Assembly: GCA_003971905.1 (NCBI GenBank) | Contig: RSEE01000099.1 | Span: 124,001 to 188,000 of the forward strand | DNA: 64,000 bases | Direction: 5' to 3' | Source: Moniliella sp. 'wahieum' | Lineage: Eukaryota | Position numbers and translations under genes: made by a program | The notes under the pieces: model-generated | Seen by the model: the letters and a program-made list of their open reading frames with translations, nothing else | Told to the model about the DNA's origin: nothing | Databases searched by the model: none | Part shown: positions 14,441 to 28,513 of the stretch, in pieces | Layout: the number at the start of each line of letters is the position of its first letter | Position numbering within the stretch: position 1 is the stretch's first letter

Positions 14441-16687
14441 TCTCCATAGGCAAGTATGTAGCGACATACTGCGGCAGGCAGACGGCGCGGTCTGTGAGCT
14501 ACCAGAAGCAGGAGAGCTCGATGAGCGAGAACAAAAAGGTAGCAAGTTGAGCGAACAGGTGGCGTCGGTGGTAACCGGCAACATGGTAACAGGTAACCGA
14601 TAACCGTTAAGGAGGAACAGAGGAATGCGCCAGTGGTGTCTACTACACGTGGGAGGTACGATCGGGACAAAGTGTGGAGGCACCATGTGAGAGCGCAGTG
14701 CAGTTCGAGGCTAGCCCAAACCTTTAACTAGGTGCCACTCACATCATAGCCACGGTGCAACGGCGCAACGGTGCAACACTTATACGTCCTCAGTCACCTT
14801 ACGAGCCTCACGCCCCTCTCTGCTTCCCTCGGCGTCCCAACCACAGCCGAACACTCAGCCAACTGCCGGCACTTCCCACAAGTCAACAAAGTCAACGTTC
14901 AACTAACCTTCAGTTCTACCCCTCTCCAGGTCTGCACAAAGCTTCAACCAACCTCCTCGTTCAACAAACTTCAACCGTTGAAGGTTCACCAGGTTCAACG
15001 TTCACCCCTGTTCACCGGTCACCCCTACTGTTCACCGCCTTCAAGCTTTAGCGCATTTAACGTCTTCACGTTCGACGTCTTCCCGTTCAAGCTTCAAGCT
15101 TTAAGCTTTATCGTTTAACGCCTCAAGACGTGGCGTGGCAAATCGTGTTGAACCCGCCACAGTACTCGATCATCGACCTGCCACAGCCAGATCTCCGCAG
15201 ACTCTCTGCTCTCGGTTTTCCCATGTGTGCACGCGTTCACGTTCTCAGATCTCATTAATCATTGCAGATCTCTTTCCAGCTTCGGTTTTATTTTCCCCGC
15301 CATGCACCCTATACCCTACCGTACCTACCATGCCCTGACTTCCACATTACATACTACACGTTGTGAGTGATCGATCTGATCTCAGATCTCATTAATCTCC
15401 CTACCCTACGCTCTTATCATATCTCACGCGTCACGCGAGGCAAGACGCTCGGTTGGGGGCTAGGATACATATACCTAGTTAGATCCCTATCCCCGCTCAG
15501 AATGAATGCGAATTGCCTCTATCCAAAGCCGAACGAGTTTGGACCGTCCAAACCAGCGCGGTTGTCCCTCGTTCCTTGGTGTGTTGAACATGTCCACACT
15601 TTATATAGCCTCGTTCGGTTACGTGCTGAGATTTGGAATCTGAGATCTGACACGTTGACCCTCAACGTCTCAACCTACGTCCAAAGTGTTCGACGTAACA
15701 CGTTCAACCGGCCATGGTGCATGGAGTTGGACGTTCAACATTCGAGCACATCTATGGCGAGAGCAAGTATAATCTTCAACAGTTTCCCCTTCGCCCATTC
15801 TTATATCTTGGGACTATTACGCATTAGGGATACCGGTAAGCGCGGGCTGTGAGGGAACCCTTACCCGGTACTGGTTACTGGTTACTGGCTGGTTATCGGT
15901 TACTAGTTACTGTGGGCTTACCGGATACCTCCTTCCAGGTCTTATTTACACAAGCGCACTTTGTGCGGACATACCTACGTCGTAGACTTGCTGACCTCGC
16001 AGTTTCCTTTCATCTTTAGCCCCATCACCGGCATCATCGTGTGTTGTAGCTATAACGCTGTACAGCCGATTTACCACGGTTACCACGGTTGTCGACCGGT
16101 TACGCAGTTACGGGCCATCACTCTGTTTCTCCTCTCCTCGGCTGGATTTTGAGCAAAGCAAATGCATCACAACCCATCGGGCAGGTTGATCATCGTGGGA
16201 ACAATCGCGCTCAGCATGGCCAATCTGGCGAATCTGGAGATGGAGTCAATACTGTCAGAATCTCAGAACAGGAAACCACACCGGCAGTACCCGGCCTTAG
16301 TCTCACGACCCCCACCCCACACTGATCATCGCGCCCGAGCCGAGCAGTTTTTGCCAAACAAGCCCCTCTCCACCTGCGCGCAGGTATCGGTAAGCTTATA
16401 CGGGCGCACCAGTTCGGGGTGGACGGGGTTGCTGTTGTCAAACTTGCGTGCCTTGGGGGACCTGGTGTCGAGGGAGCGGGAGGGAGCGGGGGTCGGGAGG
16501 CAGATGGGGGGTTGCCTGGTGGATCCCGGTGCAGCGCAACATTTTCGGCGGAACGCGGCCGAGGCGGAATTTCCGCCTTTTTCGTGCGGCTCTAACTGCC
16601 TGGAGGCGGCGGCCCTGAAGCAGGGCATGAAATGAAGCTCGGCGTGAAGCTACCGCCGCGCTCGCCCACGCCTGCCTGCCGTCTGCC

Positions 16688-18951
16688 ATGACCACCACGC
16701 AACAGCTGCTCGCCTCTGCGCTGCCCAGCCTCGACGCGCCCGTGTCCGAGTACCTTGCGGGGTACATTGACGATGTGGCCACCGACCTGGACCCCGGGCA
16801 GGACATGATTTCGGACATTGTGCGGCCCATGCTGGAATCCGCCACGCGCGGCACCCCCGTCAAGCCCCAGACGCTCGACACGCTCCTTGCCAAGCTCGCG
16901 AAGATTGTGGCGGACAAGATGCCCAAGGACGGCGAGGACGCCTCGGGCCTGGTGCGGCTGGAGCATGTGGTGGACATGCGCACCGGCCTGGGCGATTCCA
17001 AGACGGCGTTTGACACGACGGGCGGGGTGGACGTGAGTCTCGGTGGCAAGAAGGCTGGTCGGACGACGGTCGACGTGAAGAAGCTTGCCAAGCAAGAGGC
17101 CAAGACACGACAAAAGATTGCGAAGCGTGCCCAGCGTGACTTGTACGAGAGCAGCAAGTTGGTCCAGTCGGCCCAGGAGCAAACGTCGTACGAGGAAATG
17201 TTCCTCAAGGTCAACCCGCTCGAAGCACGACGCGGAGGTAGCAAGGACATCAACTTGCCCAACATTGATATCACCTTTGGCTCCAAACGCATTCTCTCTG
17301 GTGCCAACCTCAACCTGGCCCAGGGCAGGCGGTACGGGCTGTGTGGTGTGAATGGCATTGGAAAATCAACGCTGCTGCGCTTCATGGCACTGCGCGAGGT
17401 GCCCATTCCCACCAACGTCAGTCTCCTCTATGTCGAACAGGAGATTGTCGGGGACGAGACGACGGCACTCGAGTCGGTGCTCAAGGCGGATGTATGGCGG
17501 GACCGACTCATCTCGGAAGAAAAGCAGATCGAGGCGGAACTCAACAAGCTAGAGGCAGATGCGGCAGCGGCCGTTGCTGCGGCTGCCGGGGCTGGAGAAG
17601 GCACCGGATCCGCTGTTGACCTCCCCACCCGACAGAGGGAGATCAAGCGGGAACAACTGTCGTCTCGACTGGGGGAGGTGCAGGCGTCGTTGGTGGATAT
17701 GGAGGCTGAGACGGGCCCGGCGCGCGCTGCCAGCTTGCTGTATGGTCTTGGGTTTGACGAGTCGGACCAGTCGAGGCCGACGAGCTCCTTCTCGGGTGGA
17801 TGGAGAATGCGGTTGGCGCTGGCCCGGGCGCTTTTCTGCAAGCCGGACCTGCTCATGCTGGACGAACCGTCGAACATGCTGGACTTGAACGCGATTGCGT
17901 GGCTGGAAGATTACTTGGTCAACGAGTGGGACGGGACGTTGCTCGTCGTCTCGCACGACCGTGCGTTCCTCAACCGGGTCGCCACCGACATTATCCACCA
18001 ACACTCGGAGCGGCTGGATTACTACAAGGGCAACTTTGATCAGTTTTACGAAACGCGCGAAGAGCGGCGCAAGAACCCAGCGCGAGTATGAGGCCAACCA
18101 GGCCAAGCGCGCTCACCTGCAAGCGTTTATTGATCGCTGGCGTGTCAATGCCAACCGGGCTGCACAGGCCCAGAGTAAGATGAAGGAGTTGGAGAAGATG
18201 CCAATTATCGATCCCCCCGCAGAAAGGTGGTTACTTTCCGTCTGCCCGAGACGGAGAAACTGTCGCCTCCGCTTCTGCAGCTGGACAATGTCAGCTTTGG
18301 CTACACGCCCGACAAGCCCTTGTTGCACAACATCAACTTTGATGTGACCCAGCAATCGCGCATTGCCATCATTGGGTCCAACGGAAGCGGCAAATCGACA
18401 CTGATGAAGCTCCTGGTGGGCGATCTAACCCCGACCAAGGGCGACCAGAAGCGGAACAACAAGTTGCGCGTCGGCCTGTTCACCCAACACCACGTTGACC
18501 AGCTTGACCTGTCCATGTCGCCCGTCGGTTTCCTCATGTCGCAGCACCCTGGCCTGAGCGAACAAGAGTACCGGTCGCAGTTGGGCGCGTTTGGCATCAC
18601 TGGCATGACGGGTTTGCAGAAGATTGCGACGCTGTCGGGAGGACAAAAGTCGCGTGTTGCGTTTGCCCATTTGGCCATGTCGCGACCGCACGTGCTGTTG
18701 CTGGACGAGCCGACGAATCACTTGGACATTGATGGTCTCGATGCTCTCACGGCGCGATCAAGGTTTGGAACGGTGGAGTGATCGTCATCTCCCACGACGA
18801 GCGGTTCATCAACAACTGTCTCGACGAGCTCTGGGTGTGCAACAAGGGCAACGTTGAGAAGTTCTACGGAAGCGTAGATAAGTACAAGTCGCTCATCGTT
18901 AGCATGAACAACCAGAACCGTCGTGCTCCCGGCGCGCCTGGACCGCGCTAA
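16688..18951 (+). CDS. GCN20: ABC-F family translational regulator GCN20/ABCF3; frameshifted
   Basis: Two ABC cassettes and no TM domains: [40 protein letters not shown]; then [38 protein letters not shown]. There is a long N-terminal extension. Stop TAA at 18949-18951. Confidence 0.93.
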
Positions 18952-18990
18952 GTGTTCTGTGCAATCTATCTGCTGCTCTGGCTGGAAGAA

Positions 18991-21900
18991 TGTTGGTGGC
19001 ACGGCTTGGCGGGGTCTTGTAGCGTACTAAGTATACATTTTGGCATCTCGCGCAAGGTAGAGGGGATGATGGTGGCAGTGAATAGTTTGCACCCGCAGGG
19101 AGCCATCCTTTGTACTCAGAGGTAAAGTAGGGGGAAAAGAGAAGGACTCGCACAAAAATTGTATAATAGGTAAGATCCAGTATGTATCAAAACCCACTGA
19201 AGTCTGGCTGGATACTACCAGTGAACACTCCTCATCAAAGTAGTTGAATGAAGAAGTGAAGTCAAAGTACCAGTACCCGGGGCTTGGGTGCTCAGTAAAC
19301 CGAGAGCGAGGAAGAGCCTTTGTCAACCCTGTCAATCGGATTAGGCAGCGACCATCATGTCAGTTGTGTGAAGGGGTCTAAATGACTCTCTTCACCGCCG
19401 TGCTGGTGCTCTTCGTTCGTGCAGATGATGTTGAAGCTGAATGTCGAAGTGCTTTTATAGAAGAAGTTGTGGGCATGCTGGGAATGCTCTTGGACGTATG
19501 CTGGTGCCACCTGCTTGCCACAATGGATCGTAATCGGGGCTGCTCTCCTGGATACGAACTTATCTTTGTCCACTGGTTATACTTGAACCACGTGTTCATC
19601 GTTTTTCATCGCAAAATACAAGCAAGGCGCAGATGAATCTAGGTCGGCTTCCCGAGTGCTCAAACCAAAAAACCTTTCTTTATTCTTGATGTAGGTCTCA
19701 TAGCGGTACCTCGCCGCGGTCAGAGTCAAAACTGACACCACGTACCGCTCAAACTGCGACGGTTCTCACGGTCTCTCTGCAAAAAAGTCAGGGTCACACT
19801 ACTATCTTTGAGAAGACTGATCATATCCCAGCATCTCTCGCATGTAAACAATGCCGGTGCTTGCGGTGTAGCCAACATAAAACATGGGATTTTGAGCAAA
19901 GACCGAACGAGATAGTTGGGTCGCTGCTGAAAACGAGTTCCCGCATGAAGGAAATAGCAGGTGACCCGAAGACCGAGGTGCGAGAGTCAATCGCTCGATA
20001 GAATTCTGAACCGACCACGGCAGCATAAGATGACCATCTAACAAGAGGTGTTGCCCTTGGTCTCTCCCCTGCTTCTTCTGCTCCTCCCAGGGGTTGGCCA
20101 CCACTGACGCTTCCTTCATCCCATTCTTGGACAGTGGTAGTGTGCGTTGCTTGGCCATTTTGACTTTGGGCCACAAACAGGTACGGTATCTTCCCGAAAT
20201 GTCAACTTGATCTCGGGAGTGAACGCCGTTGGGGCCGTCATAACAACCCCCGTGGAACACCATGGCCGCGATCTTCGTAGTGTGGCTCAAGGGAGTTACT
20301 CACGGATCGAAGTTTGGCACGGGCAAGGACAGCATATTGGACCTGATGCACTCCGAGAAGGGCTTCTGGTGATGAGATGATGTCCTCCACCTATATGATT
20401 AGTAGTACTACTACTAATAGACAAGAGCACCAAATATACATAGTATGCTCCGAAAAAAGCCATTGCACAACAACGGCCGCGGCAACTACAACTCCCTTTT
20501 TTTTTCGTCTCTTCCCGCCTTTCCTGTCCAACCCCTACCAGTTTCCAGCCGATTGATTCAGTACAGGCAACCTCGTCTCCACTTAGCTCTGTCCCCTCAT
20601 CTTCCAGCCTCCCAGCTTTCCATCCGCGCAGTCGCATACTATAATAGGCTTCCTTCAGCCGCGTCGAGTCCCCGTACCAGCTGATCGCCTGGATTTTTCT
20701 CCAGCCACGTCGACAGCCGCGTTCAGTCCCAGTTCTGGCAGTGTTTGTCCTCCACTGCCTCTATCCGTCCCCAAAGGCCCATCAGAGCCTTCTCACATAC
20801 GTTTCTGCAGCCTCAGCCGGTGCGTACGGAGCCTTTTGCCACACGCGCACAGCCGTCTCCGCTTCACACCCAAAGGCCTCTCCTCGTCCCTAGCTTCGCT
20901 CGGATCCACCACAACTAGCCGAAGCCCGAAACTACCGGAGTCGTCCTTCCGTCTCCTACGGGATTGCACCCCACAAATCTGGGTGCAGCCCCTGCGGGGG
21001 GGGCGCCCGCGACATACAACAGAGCTTTTGAGGCTGAGAGAAAGAAATACTGTGCTTACAAGCTACGGCCCGGTCTGTCTCAGCCTGTCAATCAGACGAT
21101 CCAAGGTCATCTTTTCGCCTGCGTCCAGCATCCCATCGCCCAGGTTGTCCACCGTTCCAGCATGTAACGTAGGTTAACATTCCATCATATCCACTATGTG
21201 TGGCGTAGCACGCCCCGTTACGTAGTCAGAATCAGGAAAGTACGCGAGTCCGAAGCAGGAAACCAGGGCAGTCCGAAGCGTCAGGAAAGCATGGCTTCTG
21301 TGTACCCCAACAGAGAATCACAGGCGACCGCCGAGGGTATTGTACAGCAACTATAGAGAGCGCTTTGCGTCCTTGACATGTCGAACAGATGATAGAGAGC
21401 GAGTCCTGGGTTCTGGATGGATGGCAGACCCGTCTGTCTTGGCTGCTGCTTCGTCGGCTGGGTGCGGCTTCTTGGCCAGGATGGGCAACTAGACTCAGTC
21501 TGTTCCCTGTCGCCAAAACTGAGCCACAACCGTCCCATGGCCCAGCGGTGATCGCTAACCGTCGCAACCGCAGCAACCGCAACCACCGATGCATCGGTGT
21601 TGCTGGGGCACGTCCGAGACGCCATCCTGACGGTTTCAGGCCTGTGGGCGCTCAGTACGACGGGCTGCAGCCTGTTCATAAGCAGGGGGGGGGTCAAACT
21701 CTTGACGCGGTTTGAAGTGTTTGGTGTGAGCAACTGAGACTGTTGGGATCCCCTCTCCCGGCCTTCGGCAAACCAACGCACCCTTCGAATCCTCAGGAGG
21801 ACTCTTACTTGGCGTTTCCCTATCAAAAACGGGGGCCCCGTCCTCTGTTTTGTATAAGCAAATCTCTGGGTTCCACCACTTCACGTACGTGTCGAGGTGT

Positions 21901-23400
21901 ATTTGGACCAAGTCGACTTCACCGCTTTGATCGCCACATTCAGACCCAACGTTGGGGTGGACCTATCCGGATGGTCCCAACCCCTCCCTGCGCGTGGCTC
22001 TTGAGAATGCGACCGTTTCGTTTATTTTCTCACTGCCCCCTCACGAAGGGCATCCACCACGGCAGAGGCATCCCCCTGCCTCCCCCCATCGCCTGTGGAG
22101 AGCTGACCTACTACCATCTGTCCGCCAAAGATAACCCTCCATTCTCTAGCTCGTGCGCTGTTGTATTCCCGAGACATCCGCGTCCACAAGGAGCAGGCTG
22201 TGGACAACGAGGATGGGACGAGGCGTGGGAGGAAGGCGATGCGTACTGACTACTGTGAGAGATGGGATCCCTGGAGCAATCGGAAGATCAGGAACGGAGT
22301 GGGACCACACGGTTTGTGGGACTCGGCAATGCAGGAGTCGATCACTGTGTTGCGTCCCGGGGGATGGTACATGAGAGTACCCGACGCCTTTTTTGGAACG
22401 CTGGGAGAAGGAGCTGCTTCGGCTGCTGACTCAACTCGGGCACTGGAAGAATCAACCACTGAGAGTCTCTATGCTGATGTCGAGGAGCGGATCGGTTTAT
22501 GCGCAGCGTTTCTTTGTCCCAGCCTTAACAATGGTTGAGAGATAGAGATAGTTTTGGGGGCGATGCCCCTATGTGATGCCATCAATGCATGATAGGCATC
22601 CTTCCTCTTTCAGCCCGGACGCTCCCTCTGTGCTCCCCGGTACCCTCTTCGGCTATTATATATGGCCCAACCCTTATTCTCGTATAGCCTCCTGTACCTC
22701 TCCTCAGAACCACATCCTCTCCATTCTCCTCCTCCTTCAGCAAAGATGCGCTTAAACTGTAACTGGCAGTCGGGGCTAACGGAAAGTCGGAGGGAGGCCA
22801 TGAAAAGTCCTGTCAGAGACGGAAGGGAAATGGCAAGATCGTTCGTGAAGAGAGTGAACAATCCGGAGGTATCGGGCAGGGAACAAGAGCAAAAGGGAAG
22901 AGAAGAGCGGGATGCATGGGATTTCGATCAATAAGTGAGAGAGAGAGATGATACTTAGGGTCCTGTGCATGAGACGCACCAGCTATATTATACCGCACTC
23001 TGATCGGTGCGCTATACTGAAAAGCTACTACTACTTGAAAGCTTTTGAAGAGATGGCGCTGCGACCATGAAGTACTAAAAGCTAAAGAACATATTAGGGG
23101 CATCCAATGCACCACCAGAGGTACCACCCCGGCCCCCAATCCGCGGCACTTGAAGGGTTTGACGTGTCGGAAAACAGTGTCTCGCCTCGAGGCCGGAAGG
23201 GTGCCGACTGTCGCAAAATCCAACGTTTGGGCTATTACGCGTTATGCGTTACGAGCCGTGGGCTCGCAGCAGATATCCTGTCCCCTACTCCTGTTCATCT
23301 CGACCTTATCCGTCCAAAACACGGAGGACATTGATAAAAAGGACTGCCGGAACGGCGGAGATCGCTGTTGCCGCTCTTCCACTTTCCCCGCACCGCATGG
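18991..23400 (-). mobile_element. Highly degenerate Ty1/copia retrotransposon relic (RT-RNase H clear; integrase, protease and gag faint; upstream boundary uncertain)
   Basis: Minus-strand motifs occur in copia order: VIDSCIAESH (~22340, protease-like), LLGYTEA (~21300), YAAVVGS (~20020), CDPDFFA..RENRRSLSG (~19750-19800), GLSTREA, PITIHC, KHFDIQ, LTKALPRSRF (~19300). These are followed by GAGGAG|TGTT at 19227, resembling a PPT-LTR junction. Confidence 0.7.
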
Positions 23401-26400
23401 CTGCGCAGATCGCCTATCATGCATCACTGTCGCACCGTACGCTCACATGTTGTAGCCCTGTGTGACATGTGACTTGTGACCAAAAGGAAAGAGACCATCC
23501 ATCGCATTCACAGAGCATCCCAGCCTTGCCACCACACATCACCACCGGGGGTAAGTGAGATATACATATAGAATGGAATCAATCAATATACAAACCATAT
23601 CAATCGAGTACTTCGTTTTATAGTACTGTGAACGTCGAGTACTTATTAGTCAGGCTAGCCAACTAGTCACTAGTCACTGTAGTGGCAGGCCTCAGGCCCA
23701 GGATAAATCAGGACTTCGAAATCATTGTATCAGTATAGCTCTCGGATCTCAGAGCGCGCAGAATACGGCACAGTTATTGAGAACGAAGTTGAAGCTTGAA
23801 CTTGGAAATTGGACGTTGGACGTGTTGGTGTTACCACAACGGCCGTTCCCCCATCATTAATCATTGATCAGATCTTCCAAAACCCCAGCAGAGGTTCTGC
23901 GCGAAAAAGTGTTACCGTCTTTGCTTCCATCACAGCGTGTAACATGTAACTGACGTGTAATGCATCATGTAACCGAGATGTGCACTAACCAGTATTAGCG
24001 GGGGTATTTGCGTAAAGCGTACAATGCCTAAGGCCTAATGAAGCTTGAAGCTTGAAAAGCTTGAAAGAGGCCGGTCCGGGAACCGTACTACCATCATGCA
24101 TCATGCATGCAGTACAGTATTAAGGAAAGGTTAAAAGTCCTGTTTCGCCTCTGTTGTGACATGTTCTGCGTTATATGCCGCCTGACGCATGAGATCTTGG
24201 TGTGAGACCTGAGAAAGCAAAACCATTATCTTCGACGAGAGTTACGGTGCCAAAGGTCTCCCGAATATCGGCCCCTCAAAGGTCTAAGGCCTTTTTCATC
24301 GGCCTCATTGATCACTGGTAGACCGCGATACCCCGTGGGTCGATCTCACAGGGATTTCAGGTTTCAGGCCTCACTCGGGCCTCCTCAGGTGCGCACTCTC
24401 CACCATGTCGATGCAAGAAGACGAATGAAGGTGTGGAACGCGCGTAACGCGGGTGTTGTGCAATGGGAAACAGCTATGAAAAAGTCTTGTTACTGTTACC
24501 AGGTATACTTGAGTTACTATTAGTTACTAGTTACTAGTTCTTGTACAAAAGCTTTCTTTCGTGAAAACACATCGCGTCGCATCTCCAATCTATCTACCAT
24601 CTCAGATCTCTTAAATTTGTGATATCTTATCCCGCCATGCACGAATATGACATCACCATGTATGTCCAAACAAAACACGCCGAGAGTATCGCCGCCACCC
24701 GCGCCGCTCTCTCGTCGCTAGCCATGATGCATGATGCATGATGGCCAGCCGCAAAGGAGCCTCGTCTACTCGCCGTAGGCGTGAGCGCTCTCAGGCTGAG
24801 CAGGGGCTTCGCGCTTATAGCACACTCTGAAGACTACATAATAACTACTGACATGGAGACATGGGCTTGAAGTGAAGCTTGAAGCTTGAAGCGCGAAGAA
24901 GCTTTGATCATTCGTGGTTGTGACATGTGACACATGTGATGCATATGAAGACTGGCCACGTATTAAGCACTAACATGTAACAGCAGCTAGTGACGAAGCT
25001 AGTGACTTCTCACTTCTCACACTCTCACGTCGTGAGCAATGGATCACGATGATCGATGATCGCGATGAGCAATCGTTGTACGTTAATGATCTAAATGATC
25101 CGCGCGAAGCGCCAGCGATCTCGCTCACAGGCGAGGGCCCACGCTGAGGTTGCCGGTGACAATGTGACAATGTGACAGCAATACGCCAAGGGACGTGGTT
25201 GCGGGGCGGTCGAGACTATGGGCGGCGTGGGGGGGGTGGCGCGTCACACGCTCATGACGTCACCATGGATAGCCGTATGGGGGGAGTATATGTGACTTGA
25301 AGCTTGAAGCTTGACTACTAGGATCCTAGGATGATCGATGTGACTGGTCGATTAGTCCTGCACTACTCCATTGCTCGAGCGAAGTTTGACGGACGCTACA
25401 GGGAAGGCTACGAGAACTAAGGACCTAGTGATTGTGATGCATGCGAGCAGTGACTAGTGACTAGTGAGCCGCTTAGCGCTTAGCGGAGCACAGTGTGCAG
25501 TGAGCTATTAGGGATCAATGATGGATGTGATGCATGTGACTTGCGATGCAGTGACATCATGTGACGCGACGGGCGGCAAAAGTGACGCGTGTGACGCACG
25601 CAACGAGGCTTTCAGGCCTCTCTGGATCTGAGGCCCGAAGAGAGGCGAGCGGCAGTGGCATATCGTAGGGTATATCGTGGGTACCGTAGTGCAGCGTCCG
25701 TATCGCCGGAGTCATGTGTGTATGTGACGTAAGTGTTGGTGATCTCTTTCGCTGTATCGACACGGTGCCTCGCACCAGGTACCTTCTCGTACCCCTTTCC
25801 CCCGGATATGCTGCTGGGCGCTGTGGGACCACAGAGCCACAACAAGGCAAGATAGTCGACAGACAGCTGGACAGTTGGACGGCAAGCCAGATTGCGACAT
25901 GAAACGCAGGGCAGCGGTTAACGCGTCAATGGTACGGTGGGGCAAGGTGTGGGCGCCCTAGGGTGCCTCTGCTGGCGGGCGTTGTAGCCTGTGGCAGCTG
26001 GCAGTGGAGGCAGGCTGTATAGCCTATCAGCTTGCGGACGCTGAATACCGTTTGTGATGCGATCGCGAGTATGTGATCACCACGCCGGTGTAACGTGCAA
26101 CACAAACTATCGCTGGAGAGACCCAAGGGCAAAAAACAAGGGAGCGCCTACTCCTCGTCGGAGGGACGCTGTGGTCGCGACGCGTGACGTGAGGAGTAGG
26201 AACGATGCACAATGGACGAGGCGCGATGGCTCGATGGTCACTGGTCCGTGCTCGCCACTGCTGGCCATAGTGGTGTTGTAATGAGCCTGCCAGTGGATAC
26301 CAACGGATTGAGGAATGCGGCATTGGGGGCGTTTTTGCTCCGTAGTTAGTTGCACATCTGTTTTTTTGCCGTCTCGCACCGTCTCACATGCGGGGTCCAT

Positions 26401-26783
26401 ATGCCATGTCAATATGACCTCGCGCCGTCGTTGGATGGGCACAGAGGGTGGCGGTGGCAGGAGGCTAGAGGGGGCGAGAGACCACAGAGACACAGTGTCG
26501 CAGGCTGAGTGCTCCTGAATCAAGCTTCGCGCCAGCCTGCTGCGTGCTCGCAACGTCATCAGTATATACTCTGGTAATGCCCCCTCCTCCCGCCCCCGTC
26601 CACCTGTCATCTGTCTATCGATTGCCTCCATGGTCCCAATCACCCAACGTTACTACATTAATACTTACACCACGTATTGCCCGCCCCTCCCCCCCGCACA
26701 AGGGAATACCATTATTTCCCTCCTCTTTGCCCGGCCCGCCCTCTCCTCTCCTACCACCACCACCCGTGCGCACGCCGTCGCCC

Positions 26784-28513
26784 ATGCCCCCGCAGCCCCT
26801 CCCCCCCCGCAGCCCCGCCTCGGCCACCGTGGACCCGTCCACGATCGCAGCATTGGAGCAGCTACGTCGACGTAGCGACTCGTCCTACGAAGGTCGCCCA
26901 GCCTGCGACAATTGCCGCCGCCGGTGCGTTGCTGTGTCTTCCCTCTCGGCGCGCCCACTGCAGCGGCATCTATGTGCTGTACTAACTGTGACCCTTGCCT
27001 GCCTTCCCGCCATCCCCTCTCAACTAACCCAACCACAGCAAGACCAAGTGCGACCGTCAAGAGCCCAGGTGCGGACGCTGCGCTCGCCTGAACCGCCAAT
27101 GCACCACCGCCGACGTGCTGATGCGTCGGGGCCCTCCTCCAAGTATGTGCCTACTCGTCCCACGTCGATTTCATGTGTGGCCCATGTGACTTAACTGACC
27201 CAGGAGTCTCCTACTCCGCCTCCTCTTTGGCTCAACAGCAAGGAGCGGGCGGCATACCAAGCCGCCGGGATCCCAATCCCCTCCCTTAAGCATCGGCAGC
27301 GCACCCGCCGCCCAAAGCTCCGCAGTGGAACACACCTATTTTTTGCCCGCCATGGCCCGGATGGGCACAACCAGGTCCAGTACCAGCACCAGCTCCAACT
27401 GCAGTGCCAGCACCGTCAGTACCAGCGCTCCCTGCTCTTTGGGTAAGATGTTTGCCTCGTCCTTTCCCCCGACCACCAATACGACTTGGCTCTCAAGCTC
27501 GGGCCGGCCCCGCGTCTCGACCTACCCGAACAGGGTACCGGTGACCTGTTCCTTTCCCCCTGGACACCGCGGCATCGAGGCGCACCGGGTCAGGTACCAG
27601 GAGAGATGACGCGTAAACACACCGTCCCGCTCACTCCGCCTTCCAACCCGTTGGCCCTGACCCCGCCCGGTCCGACGCCCTATGGCATGTACCTGGGGGC
27701 CGAGCACGTGAACCCGACTCCCCCGGCCTACTCGATTCCCCATCGTGCAACCCAAGTCTCCCCTGACTCACAGTGGCTTCGCCCGTGCACGACGGACGTT
27801 CACCGCCGCTTCTATCCCGTCGAGGACCAGGGTTGGGCGAGAGGGGAGGGCACAGCAGTGCCTGCTCCCCCCACGACAGGAGACTGGTCCTTCTTACCCC
27901 CTTCTGAGCCGGGTATCTCCTCCTATGTCCCAACGCGCACCCCAAGCCACGACGTTGCACCAGCCTACCCATCCGCCTCGGTCGCACCCGCTCTTCCCTC
28001 AGCTTGGGGCGCGTCACCGCTCTCGCCTCCAGCCCATCCTAGTGCACCGCTGCGAACGACAGCGTCTTCATGTGGCTCAGGCGCTTCCCCGGGGCACAGG
28101 ACGTAGCCCTCTCGTCCACAGGCGTCAGCGTTGCCAGCACCGACTCGTTCGACCCACCTCCTGTTGGTCTGGGCGGGTGGCTACCGGGCTGGTCATGCCC
28201 GACAGCAGCATCGGCGCGGGGTACGCCACCTTCTATGCCCGGGACGAGGGTCCTGGTTCCCTGGTCCCGTTGTACCCCCCTTCACGCGGGAGAACGCCCT
28301 ACTGAGCTCTTCTTCTCCGCTTCCCCAGCGAAAGAGAGGGGTGGCAGTGTGCGGTACGGCGATTCGCACCTTGACTCTGGGCCCATGTCGTACCGCCCTG
28401 CTGACCCTTTTCGCATGGGCGGGTGGGACGAGGGGACGGTAGCCTCGGTTCCTGTCCCTCGTTCTGCACCTCGCCTTTCCCACGCCCCGAGGGGCTGGTT
28501 TGGCCTTCGATGA
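26784..28513 (+). CDS. Zn(II)2Cys6 (Gal4-type) transcription factor; introns 26924-27038 and about 27143-27238
   Basis: Spliced reading ACDNCRRR|KTKCDRQEPRCGRCARLNRQC followed by RRGPP. Canonical GT..CTAAC..AG introns. The remainder is Pro/Ser-rich and frameshifted. Confidence 0.88.
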
